From NCBI GenBank assembly GCA_000442015.1, contig KE561162.1, positions 1 to 53,641 of the forward strand: 53,641 nt of DNA, read 5' to 3'. Within the stretch, counting starts at the first letter, position 1; each line of letters starts with the position of its first letter. Shown here in pieces: positions 36,517 through 48,099 of this stretch. The stretch comes from Rozella allomycis CSF55 (lineage: Eukaryota). The notes beneath the pieces are model-generated. The model had not been told where the DNA came from. It did not search any database and saw only the letters and a program-made list of their open reading frames with translations. A program made the position numbers and the translations under genes.

Positions 36517-39500
36517 TTATTGGAATAAATTCTGCCTAACCTTTTTAACTGTTGGTGAAGATTGAAATTCTAATTTAGGAGAGGATTGGAATGAAAAGGA
36601 AGAACTTTGAGGTTTGATTGGAGATAGAGCGTCTAGAGTTCTTTTGTTTGAATTTAAAGTTTGAAATTCATCGTTTTCTAATTTAAAAATAAAATTTTCT
36701 GAATTGAAACTATTTTGAGAACTTAATTTTGGAGAATTGAATTCTTTAACATTTGATGAAGAGATATTCTCTCTTAGACTTGACGATATATTATTATTCT
36801 CATTAGGCGAAATATTCTCTTTAACACTTTCTGGTGAAATATTCTCTTTAATATTCTCTTTCTCTTTAGTAATCCTTTTGGGAACTATTTTTAGATTATG
36901 AAATTTCTTACTATTCTTTTTGAGTAATTTAGTGTAATTGTAGAAAGAATCCCAATCTTTATTATTTCTAGTTGGTGGAAAAGGTTTGATTGAAAATTTC
37001 TTAAATTCAGAATCTAAATATTTCAAAAGATTTGATTTTTCATTTATTGTTAAAGAAGAAATAAAAAGAGAAAGAATTTTAAAGAAAGAAAGAACATTTT
37101 GTTTGTGAGATTTGTCAACAGACGCTGATAAATGTTGAATAACAAAATCAATTCCATTGCAATTGAATCTGAATAGAGCGTCTGTAGCAAAAACTGTTTG
37201 TTTAACCATAACAGAATAAATTTGTTTTGATAAAAGAAAAGAATCATTAAAATGTTCAGATTTGTTGCTTTCTAGAAACATTTCAAATGAAGATGAAATA
37301 CATTCTAATAAAATTTGCATTCTTTGAATTTCTGAAACAATTGATTTGAAAACATTAAATGATAAAAATTCTTTCATTATTTCATTAATGATTTCCAAGT
37401 CAAATTTATTATAATAACATAAAATCTTCTTCAATGATGAAACATTAAAGAAATCTAATTTAAATGATCTCAAAAGTGATAAAACTAAAATCTCACATTC
37501 TTCCTTCGTCCATTTATTAGATTTTATATTTCGTAAATATTTAAAACATGAATCAAAAAATGAAAAAAATGATGAAGAGATCTGTGGCTTAGAGATCAGA
37601 TTCAGCCACTCAATTGCCATGATGACGTCATCAAAAGTACCACTTTCAGAAGCCTTTATTAATAGATGAGCTAGATTTAATTTTTCATCATCATTTAGTT
37701 TATTAAAATTCCATAAAGATTGAACATATTTGATCCTTGGAGTTAGAAAAGGTTTTTCATCATCTAAAGATAATTCCAGATTAACTTTTTTAGATAAATT
37801 AAAAATTCTTTCTTCATCTTCAGATTCAATCAATAAAGATTTCAATTCTTCTAATTTCAATAAACTCTTTTCAATAATGTTCTGTTGATTCATTAAATGA
37901 GAAATCACAGAAGAAATTTTTGAATTGTTTGAATTCATCAAGAAGCATCGTTTAACGTCATCCCAAATCCCATCAACTTTCTCTTCCATTTCATTTAATG
38001 GGAATGTAATACATTCAACTAATTCACAAACTAAAATACTCTTTTCTACATCACCTGAATAAATAGAAAATAATTCATCCATTTCTTCTATTAAAATATT
38101 TGAATAATCTTTATTCTTACAACAAACTTTTAATAACTTTAAAGCAGAAACATTTATTTCATTTTGATCATCTTTGGAAATTTCTAAAATAGATTCCAAA
38201 TTTTCTAAATCTTTTAAATTAATTTGATTAAAAAATAATTCATAAAATTCATCTTTAATATTCAACAAAAAATAACAAACTTTTTCAACAATCTTTTCTT
38301 CTTGCAGAAAAATTGTTTTCATAAATTCTGACATTGAATTTCTAACCTTCAAATGAGAATCAAACATCAACAATGAAATCTCTTTAATTAATTCATCAGA
38401 AATCATTCCATTCAAATATGAAAATTTTATTATTTCAATCGCTGTTATTCTATTCAATTCATGATCATCTTCTTTAGCTATTTCTATTATTCTATTCCTA
38501 AACCTTTCAATCCACGATCTAAATCCAACAACTCTTTCTTGCTTCTTCATCAAATAATTAACTCCATTCAAACAACTATTTCTCACTAAATACTCTGGAT
38601 CACTCAAAAACCATCCAAAATATCGCAAATTATTTGAATCACTAAACAAATTTGGCTTCAAATCAACCCATTTAGATAACTCTGAAATACAACAACTTCT
38701 AATATGAAAATCTACATCTCTATATCGCTGAATAAACACAGCCTCATAAAACAATCCAATTTGATTCTCAATCTCTTCAATCTCACTCGTATAATCATTC
38801 CCATCTTCAACAATCTCCTTATTCTGTATCTTTTCTCCCAAATTCACAATCTTCTCCTCTATAAAATTACACCGCTGGCAAAACGACGTTATCACATAAT
38901 TCACTACAACAGTCGCAACATGTCTAATCGCTCTCTTCCTAGATCTAGACAACTCTCCCAGCCATTCCAAAAAATGACTCAAAATATCACTGTCCAGCTC
39001 AATCTCCTTGAAAAGAAACAATACAAACGACTCCAAATTCTTCATCAGCTTTTTCGTCTCCTTGCCCTTGTCACTCAGCATCGACGTGCCCTCAAAATCC
39101 TCGCTAATCATCTCCACACAATCATCACTCTTCACATCCTCCTTGCTCACATACCTCTCATATCCAGCAATCTATACACCCCACATCAACCTCATTACCT
39201 TCAACACCAGCGTAAAAAACCGATAGCTCTCATACTTGTCCTCCCGTATCTCATTACTATACTCATGCGCAAGCGTCTTCAACGCAGCCCTGCTACTGCT
39301 AATCGCATCTATAACCATCACAAAACCTAATTACTAAACAAGTCCAGCGCCTCGTTATCATCCTCCACTCTTCTCCTCTTCGCACGCCCTCTCACTGTTC
39401 TGCTATTGGAAACTTGTTCCTCGGGCTCACTGTCTTCATGCGAAAACCCATCCTCTTCTTCAACCGCAGACTCGTCCTCCTCCTCACTGTCTTCCTTGTA

Positions 39501-39616
39501 ATTTTGCGAAGACGTTCGCGCTGATCGGCGGAACCGACTGTCAACTCTAATCTCANGGAACCGACTGTCAACCCTAATCTCATCCGATATTATACATCCT
39601 ACTCGTCAACATCCAT
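36517..39616 (-). CDS. SCC3: Cohesin STAG/Scc3 subunit
   Basis: RAIRHVAT, FIQRYRDVDFHIRSCCISELSKW, LRYFGWFLSD, RFRNRIIEIA. Confidence 0.88.
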
Positions 39617-39758
39617 TTCTTAACTTCGTGGCTGGGTCAGGTTGGTTTGCCGCCCTTAATTCTCATAAACTTTTAATTNATTTAATCAAATTATTCAATT
39701 CTTTTATTGGTTTATTGTTTTGGTTTATTGTCTGATTTTGTAAAATTCTTGATGGGTT

Positions 39759-40730
39759 ATGGCGGAATTGCATACACCTACTCAACGGCAACGGCTTGTT
39801 TTGGAGAGATCGCGATACTATGACAAGAAGTCTAGAATTACTCATTTAGATATTGATACAGCCAGAGACGAGAGTTGTCAAACTGCACACGAGATTTGTG
39901 ACCCCAGAAGTGATACGCCAAAGTCTGCAAAAAATGTATGCAAAGAAACAAACAGAAAAATTGATGAATCAGAAAAATGCAGTTTACTGATAAAAGAATT
40001 CGAATCCAGCATGAAATCTGATAAAAACGATGTTGAAGCCAAAAAACGAGAAGAATTGGATCGACTAAAGATGAAAGAAATAGAACAGACCAAGTATATC
40101 ATGGATCTAGAGTTTCGGCTGCAAGAGAAAGAATGGAAACTGTCTCAGACAAACATATTGCTTGAAAACAATAGATCACACTCCACAGCCAGCGAAACAA
40201 AGATGCGGAAATTAGAAAGCGAGTTGTTACATGCGAACAAGGCTTTGCAAGAAGCGGCTTTGAGAGAGAAACAATTGAGAAACGCATGTCAGATGGAGAT
40301 TTTGAAAGCGAAACAGAACATGCAGGTTGAAATCGATCATATTAAGCGCCAACTGCTGGAAAGAATAGATAATGAAGAGAAAATTACAAATTCGGAATCT
40401 AGGAGAATCAAAGAACTTGAACATGAGATTGTAGCCACACAAGCACAGCTCTTTAAACTTCAGAATGAAAATGAACTTTTGAAATGCGAATGCGAAGCTA
40501 ATAAAATTAAATACAAGGAAACGGAGATTAATTTGAAGAATTCTGAATCGTCGAGAAATAAATTAATAGATTCTATTAAGCATCTGAAAGATGAATTGAC
40601 CATGTACACGCAATTTTTGGAAGATAAAAATTTTGAAATGCATCGACTGGAGAACGATATTCTACAATTGACCTTGGAAATCCAGGAAAAGTTTACAACC
40701 TTCATCAACGACTACAAGCAAGAATATTGA
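39759..40730 (+). CDS. Coiled-coil protein of unknown function
   Basis: 323 aa heptad-rich ORF. Confidence 0.65.
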   Translation: MAELHTPTQRQRLVLERSRYYDKKSRITHLDIDTARDESCQTAHEICDPRSDTPKSAKNVCKETNRKIDESEKCSLLIKEFESSMKSDKNDVEAKKREELDRLKMKEIEQTKYIMDLEFRLQEKEWKLSQTNILLENNRSHSTASETKMRKLESELLHANKALQEAALREKQLRNACQMEILKAKQNMQVEIDHIKRQLLERIDNEEKITNSESRRIKELEHEIVATQAQLFKLQNENELLKCECEANKIKYKETEINLKNSESSRNKLIDSIKHLKDELTMYTQFLEDKNFEMHRLENDILQLTLEIQEKFTTFINDYKQEY

Positions 40731-40921
40731 AATAAAAACCGTATTAGGTATTAGATATTAAGTAATGCTTTATTGATAACCAAACCCATATATTGTTCGA
40801 CCCTGCCTCTTCAATGCATACACTACATCNACTTTGGAAATCAAGGAAAAGTTTACAGCCTTCATCAACGACTACAAACAAGAATACTAAAATAAAAAAG
40901 TATTAGATGTTAAATAATGCT

Positions 40922-41233
40922 TTATTGATAGCCAAACCCATATATTGTTCGACCCTGCCTCTTCAATGCATACACTACATCCATAGTCGATACTGTATTC
41001 CTCTTAGCATGTTCAGTATAAGTAACAGCATCTCTAAGTGTCACTGTGAGGAAATCTTTCAAGCATTGCCGGATTTCAGGATATATGGCAGCAGACAATC
41101 TCTTCACACCGCCCCTGCGAGCAAGTCGTCTAATGGCACCGCGAGTTACACCAGTGATTGCATCCCTTAGTATTTTGCGGTGACGCTTTGCACCTGATTT
41201 TCCCATTCCTTTTCCTTTGCCTCTTCCTACCAT
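40922..41233 (-). CDS. H4: Histone H4 (divergent)
   Basis: [44 protein letters not shown]. Confidence 0.95.
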   Translation of the reverse strand: MVGRGKGKGMGKSGAKRHRKILRDAITGVTRGAIRRLARRGGVKRLSAAIYPEIRQCLKDFLTVTLRDAVTYTEHAKRNTVSTMDVVYALKRQGRTIYGFGYQ

Positions 41234-41887
41234 TTTCTGTGGCTTGGATTGTCACACTGCAACAACTCCGAAAATTGGATATTTCAAAATTCAATATTTC
41301 TATAGTTTTAACTCAGAACATAAATGTTGATATATTTAAGAGAAATATGTGTGAAATAATGAATGGAAAATCAATTAATCAAATAAGAATTCAAACAATA
41401 TTTTTATAATATGTGTGACCAATGAATGGAAAATCAATTAATAACATTATAAGAAATGCCTTGCTCTTGTACATATGTTTACAGAATTCAGAGCCACAAT
41501 TCATGCCTGGAGCGAACAGTTCAACAAACATTGTATTTATTTTTATGGAAAAGAAGGTTTCTAAATGTCTATGTTGCAAAATGTCACAGCGTGATTCGCA
41601 AAGTTGGAAAATAGGCCCAATCTGGATGAGCGGGCTCATTGATTACGCGTCATTTACGTCAAGCAGATTTTTAAAAGAAATCACCTTAAAATGTAAAAAT
41701 CACTTCTGCCTAGGGCAATAATTGGAGATATTTTCATTTTTCTTTACTCATTCTTAGGGGTTTATGTGATCATGCATTGGGAAATATCTCACAAAGTTCT
41801 TCGATTTACACCTTTTGGGCGTTGAAAAATATTGCCACATAACGTGACCCACAAAATTGGAAATGCCCAATCTGGAACCCTTGTAAG

Positions 41888-43699
41888 ATGAGGTTGATTT
41901 GTCTGTTTTTAATAGCGTGTATAACCTGTCATTCTCGTTTGATGACATTGCCCTGGGAAGTCGATGCGATAATCTTTGAATTTCTGTCTACAAAAGAAAT
42001 ATTTATGCAACTACAAAGATATCCATACAAGACTAAGTACAAGGATTTATTTAGAATTATTTCAATGTGTGGAATCTCGATGGTGCAGGAAGATCCGTCG
42101 TCGAAAGTTGAATTTAAACTTGATGGTTCAAACACAGATATCAGTTGTTTCGATGGTACAGATCCGGCACAAGTTAGTTTCTTCTTGAGAGCTTTTAAAT
42201 TGAATTTTGAGGCTCACTATGCAACCCTTCAGGATTATGTGAAAAAATCACATGTTTTTCAGTTATACGGGTTTGATGGATCCTTGACTATGACTGTACA
42301 TGATGACAACATCCTAAAAGTCTTGGAAAACCATCATAATTTAGTAGGAATATCAAAGTTGTTTTTTGATATCAGAACCAAACAACTTACCCAAAGCATG
42401 TTAGACTCTATTGCCGACGTCTTGCAAGCTTCAAAGTCTGTTAAACATTTAGTGATAGACAATCTCAATATTGCGAGAGATATTAATAATTTTAATTTTT
42501 GTAAACTATTCGGCTCATTTAAATATCTTGAATCTCTGAAAATNGTTATACGGGTTTGATGGATCCTTGACTATGACTGTACATGATGACAACATCCTAA
42601 AAGTCTTGGAAAACCATCATAATTTAGTAGGANCACATACGGGTTTGATGGATCCTTGACAATGGCTGTATATGATGACAACATCCTAAAAGTCTTGGAA
42701 AACCATCATAATGTAGTAGGATTATCAAAGTTGTTTGTTGATATCAGAACCAAACAACTTACCCAAAGCATGTTAGACTCTATTGCCGACGTCTTGCAAG
42801 CTTCAAAGTCTGTTAAACATTTAGTGATAGACAATCTTAATATTGCGAGAGATATTAATAATTTAAATTTTTGTAAACTATTCGACTCATTTAAATATCT
42901 TGAATCTCTGAAAATGATCGAATTTGAATTAAGACCATTGCAACTTGAATATCTATCGAATAATATTTTGTCATTAGGGAACCTAAAGACTTTGGCAATT
43001 TATTTAAGTAATAAACACGGTAAATACGGATATTGGGTCAATGGAAGGGATGTGATGCAGATACTGGCAGACAATCTGATGAATATTGAAGAATTGCATA
43101 TTGATTTTCGTGATTATGCAGAAAATGTAGATACTATATACTTTTTCGATAAAATTTCAAGGTCTAAAATGAAAAGTCTTACAATTCACGGGTTTTACAA
43201 GTTATCAGACGCTCAGGTGCACAAGTTTGCAACAAGCTACGGAAATCTTTGAGAATTAAGGTTGAAATTATCCTACGGAAACATGCTTAATATGGGAAAT
43301 TTTATAAAACACTTGAACCAATTCAATATAGAAACACTGGAAATTCCAATTGAATATGATAGAGTTAAAGTTATGTGGAATTGGATTGCCACGCATACAA
43401 AAACTGTAAAACGATTAATTGTAGTTGATGCTAACATAACGCTTCAAGATATGCGTGAATTTCTTTCAGATGTTTCTCCAAGCCTAGAATTCCTTGATCT
43501 TCTCCAAACGTCAATTGCAATTAGAGATATTTATGCTTTTACCGATCTTTTATTGAAAACAAATATCAAATATCTAAAGTTACCTAGGTTGCATGATAAT
43601 GTTGTCTGGAAGCTAAGGCGTACTTTGAGAAACAAGATTGTAGTATTGTTGCCTCAAGATTGTAATAAGACAATAAAAGGCCATAGGCTTATTAAATAA
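41888..43699 (+). pseudogene. Secreted F-box-like/LRR paralog 1, with a premature stop (43250-43252) and assembly duplications
   Basis: Colinear with paralog 2; TGA where the paralogs have CGA; Ns at 42544 and 42633. Confidence 0.7.
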
Positions 43700-44328
43700 A
43701 CGATTTATTTAACATTATTGCAAGTGCAGAATATACATGGTACAACAAGATCTATGTCAATGATTACAAATGACAACATTTCTTTGCCTGTTGGTCATTG
43801 ATCTTACTGCATGTCTAGTTGCTCAAAAATTAAAAGGAATATCATCGTCGCATCTAGGTACGAACCAATAACCATAGAAAATTTCTATATCGGCAATTAT
43901 TTTACATTGAGACCCACAAGTTGGAAACCCTTGAATTAATGAATCTGATGAGTGGGTTACGCGTCAAAACACTTAAAATATAAAGATGTAGTCGCATTGG
44001 GAGAATTGGATATGTCTTCTAAAATTTAAATTCTATCACTTATCCTCGCCATTGTAGTGATATCACTTGAAGGGGAAACCATTCGAAAAGAGTCGGGACC
44101 TCCTGAAATTNATGAGACCCACAAAGTTGGAAACCCTTGAATTAATGAATCTGAAGATATGTCTTCTGACTTCTAAAATTTAAATTCTATCACTTATCCT
44201 CGCCTTTGTAGTGATATCACTTGAAGGGGAAACCATTCGACAAAGAGTCGGGACCTCCTGAAAATTTCAAAGAAAAACGTGACTAGCAAAACTGGAAACT
44301 TTCAAACTCAATCTGGAACCCTTGTAAG

Positions 44329-45720
44329 ATGAGGTTAATTTTTCTCTTTTTAATAGCAAGTATAACTTGTCATTCTCGTTTGATGACATTTCCCTGGGAA
44401 GTGGATGCGATAATCTTTGACTTCCTGTCTACAAAAGAAAGATTTAAGCGACTAAAAAGATATCCATACAAGACAAAGTACAAGGATTTATTTAAAATCA
44501 TTTCCAAGTGTGGAATCTATATGGCGCAAGAAGATCCGAAGTCGAAAGTTGAATTTAAACTTGATGGGACGAAAACAGATATCAGTTGTTTCGATGGTAC
44601 AGATCCGGGGTTAGTTAGTTTTTTCTTGAGAGCATTTAAATTGAATGTTGAGGTTCACTATGAAAAAATTCAGGATTATGTCACAAAGTCGCATGTCATT
44701 AGGAAATACGGATTTGATGGATCCTTGCGTTTGACTATTAATGACGAAAACATTCTACCATTCTTGGAGAACAATCAGACTTTAGTAGGAATATCAAAGC
44801 TGTTTGTTGATATAAAAGCCAAGCAAATCACTCAACGTATGTTGGACTCAATTGCTAAAGTTTTGCAACTGTCGTCGTCAGTGAAGCATTTCGTAATGGG
44901 AAACGCTGAGATCCCCGGAGAGATTAATAATTTTATGTTTAACTGTCTATTAGATTCATTTAAAAATCTTGAATCCCTGAAAATGATCTTTTTTGAATTA
45001 AAACTACATCAAGTGGAATATCTGGCCAATAATATTCTTCCTTTGGGCAACCTGAAGACTTTAGATATTTCGATAAGTTATAAAGATGGATTTTGGATCA
45101 ATGGAAAAAATATAATGCAAATATTGGCAGACAATTTGAAAAACATTGAAGATTTACGTGTAGACTGCTTAGGAAAAGCGGAAGATTTAGAAATGATATA
45201 TTTTTTTGAAAAAATCGCACAGTCAAATGTAAAAAGGCTTGCTATTCATGGCTTTTTTAACTTTTCAAGAGAGCAGGCGTTGACAATTTCTCAAAGCTAC
45301 GGAAATCTACGAGAATTGAGACTGCAACTATATTACGCAAATATAAGGAGAATAGGAACTTTTATAAAACATATGAATCAATATAATATTGAAACGTTGG
45401 AAATTCCAATTGAACATACCGAGATTAAAGTTAGCTGGCATTGGATAGCCACGCACACCAAAAATGTGAAACAATTAATTATAGTTAACGCTCACATAAC
45501 AATTCAAGATATGCATTTATTTCTTTCAAATGTTTCTCCGACGTTAGAATTCCTTGATCTTTTGCAAACAACGTTTGCAATTGAGAAGATTACCCATTTT
45601 ACAAGTCTTTTATTGAAAACAAATATCAAATATCTAAAGTTGCCCACTTTGAATGATGAAGTTTTAAGGAAATTAAAGGGTAATTTAAAAAATAAGATCA
45701 TTTTATTATTGCCTAAATAA
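44329..45720 (+). CDS. Secreted F-box-like/LRR protein paralog 2 (intact, 463 aa)
   Basis: MRLIFLFLIASITCHS + LMTFPWEVDAIIFDFLS + LxxLxL repeats (NLESLKM, NLKTLDI, NLRELRL, TLEFLDL, NIKYLKL). Confidence 0.8.
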   Translation: MRLIFLFLIASITCHSRLMTFPWEVDAIIFDFLSTKERFKRLKRYPYKTKYKDLFKIISKCGIYMAQEDPKSKVEFKLDGTKTDISCFDGTDPGLVSFFLRAFKLNVEVHYEKIQDYVTKSHVIRKYGFDGSLRLTINDENILPFLENNQTLVGISKLFVDIKAKQITQRMLDSIAKVLQLSSSVKHFVMGNAEIPGEINNFMFNCLLDSFKNLESLKMIFFELKLHQVEYLANNILPLGNLKTLDISISYKDGFWINGKNIMQILADNLKNIEDLRVDCLGKAEDLEMIYFFEKIAQSNVKRLAIHGFFNFSREQALTISQSYGNLRELRLQLYYANIRRIGTFIKHMNQYNIETLEIPIEHTEIKVSWHWIATHTKNVKQLIIVNAHITIQDMHLFLSNVSPTLEFLDLLQTTFAIEKITHFTSLLLKTNIKYLKLPTLNDEVLRKLKGNLKNKIILLLPK

Positions 45721-45764
45721 AATCCATTTGTAAATCATAAAATTTGTTCTTCTTTTCATATTTA

Positions 45765-45821
45765 TAAGGGTTGATCAGGGTTAAGGGTTAGGGTTGAGGG
45801 GGTTAAATAAAGATTTAGGGG
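45765..45821 (+). repeat. Degenerate TTAGGG-like tract / G-quadruplex motif
   Basis: taagggttgatcagggttaagggttagggttgaggggg, with five G-runs of at least 3. Confidence 0.6.
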
Positions 45822-46539
45822 AAACTATTCGTCAAAATTACCATGGGATCGCCAAGCCCCCATGTAAGTCATTAATAAGCCAGATCCCCCGACATTAATA
45901 TACTTCACAATCAGAAATTTCGGGTCCCAAACACTAGTCAGATTCTCATTCAACCCTAAATCATGTGCCAACCCACTCTTCTACGGATGGATGCACGAAC
46001 AGTACAGAGATACCGCGTCTATGACCACGAATCCGTTCTTACTCTAAACAAAGTAATCCTCGCATTTCAAAAATAACCACGCACGGACGCTATATCTATC
46101 ATTTTGAGTTTGATAGCCTGATCACGAGGGAATAGGTATACTTTAAAGGAAGACGAAGAAAACTCAAAAATACGAGAGAGTACAATCCTAAATACAGAAC
46201 TCAAATATGGCTGTCAACAGCTCCCAAGGACGAGGGATCCACTAAGCTGCAATTATTGAGCAGTTTACAATGCTAGTTTTATCTTTGCTGAGACGAACCA
46301 GTTTTATACGGCGTCGGGCGTGGTATTCTTTGGTAGATAAGGGGGTTCTAAATTGGCGGGTGAGGTATAGGATGAAAGTTCAATTGAAATCAAAAACCTT
46401 CCCACTGCAAGCTTTGTTACTTAATACTTTATCCAACAGACCAATATATAACTGATTTTTTCTAATTCACGCGTCGCCGAAAATTGTCTCAACGTGATCC
46501 ACAAATTTGGTAATTTTGCCAATCTGGAACCCTTGCAAG

Positions 46540-48074
46540 ATGAAATTATTTTGTTTCTCTCTAATAGCAAGTATAACTTGCTATTCTCGTTTGATGACTA
46601 CACCATGGGAAGTCGATTCGAGAATATTTGATTTTCTATCTGCAAAAGAAAAATTTGAGCGACTTCAAAGAGAGCCCTATAGTGAAAAATACAAGGATTT
46701 ATTTAAAATCATTTCAACATGTGGAATCTATATGGTTCAAAAGGATCCGATGTCGAAAGTTGAATTTAAACTTGATGGAAGGAACGCAGATATCAGCTGT
46801 TTCGATGGTACAGACCCTGTATTAGTTGGTTTTTTCTTAAACGCATTTAAATTGAAAATTGAAGCTCACTATGAAAACATTCAGGATTATGTCACAAAGT
46901 CACATGTCATTAGGAAATACGGATTTGATGAATCATTGCGTGTCACTATTGATGATGGAAACTTGCTAACATTCTGGGAGTACAAGCATTCTTTATTTGG
47001 AATATCAAAATTATTTATTGACATTAAAACAACGCAAATTACGCAAAATATGTTGGACTCTATCGCGGAAGTCTTGCAACTGTCGCCGTCAGTGAAGCAT
47101 TTAGTGATAGGCAACCGTGAATTTGCGAGAGGAATTAATAATNCTTAATTGGAATATCAAAATTATTTATTGATATTAAAACAAAGCAAATTACGGAAAA
47201 TATGTTGGACTCTATCGCGGAAGTCTTGCAACTCTCACAGTCTTTGAAGCATTTAGTGATAGGCAACCGTGAATTTGCGAGAGGAATTAATAATTTCAAC
47301 TTTTTCAAACTGTTTGACTCATTTAAATATCTTGAATCTCTGAAATTGATCCATTTTGAATTAAAGCCACCTCAAGTAGATTATTTATCGAATAATATTC
47401 TTTCATTAGGCAATCTAAAGACTTTAGAAATTTCACTAAGTTATAAAGATGGGTATTGGGTCAATGGAAGGAATGTAATGCAGATTTTGGCAGACAATCT
47501 GAAAAACATTGAAAATTTACGTATAGACTGCTTAGGAAAAGCGGAAGATTTAGAAGTGATATATTTTTTTGACAAAATCGCAAATTCTAATGTAAAAAGG
47601 CTTATAATTCATGGTTTCTTCAACTTTTCAAACGAGCAAGCGATGAAGATTTCACGGAGCTACGGAAATCTACGAGAATTAAGATTGAACTTATACTACG
47701 GAAATGTAAGACGAATAGGAAATTTTATATTACACTTAAATGAATTCAATATTGAAACGCTAGAAATTCCAATGGAACATTCTGGGATTAAAGTTAGCTG
47801 GCATTGGGTAGCTACGCACACCAAAAATGTGAAACATTTGATTATTGATAACGCTCACATAACACTTCAAGATATGCATGACTTTCTGTCAAATGTTTCC
47901 CCAAGGTTAGAATTCCTCAACCTTTTGCATACAAGTTTTGGTTTCAAAAACATGGATCATTTTGCAAAACTTTTGTTGAGAACAAACATTAAATATCTAA
48001 AGTTGCCTAACTTGGATAACAACGCTTTGGCGAGGCTGAAACTTAACTTGAAAGACAAGATAGTATTCTTGTAG
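46540..48074 (+). CDS. Secreted F-box-like/LRR paralog 3 (broken only by the N 47143 duplication)
   Basis: MKLFCFSLIASITCYS + LMTTPWEVDSRIFDFLS; colinear with paralog 2. Confidence 0.78.
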
Positions 48075-48099
48075 CATCAATAAATTCTATAATATTTGT

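Noticed and set aside
38704-39330. 208 aa + strand ORF, and other antisense ORFs such as 561-905, 6420-6722 and 8607-8987
   Set aside because: Antisense shadows of well-supported genes, favoured by skewed composition.
40770-40829. Second H4 gene or H4 pseudogene
   Set aside because: Only the 3' end is present, duplicated up to N 40830 together with the neighbouring gene's end; assembly overlap.
43900-44270. Repeat element upstream of F-box-LRR paralog 2
   Set aside because: The two copies flank N 44111; likely allelic versions differing by an indel.
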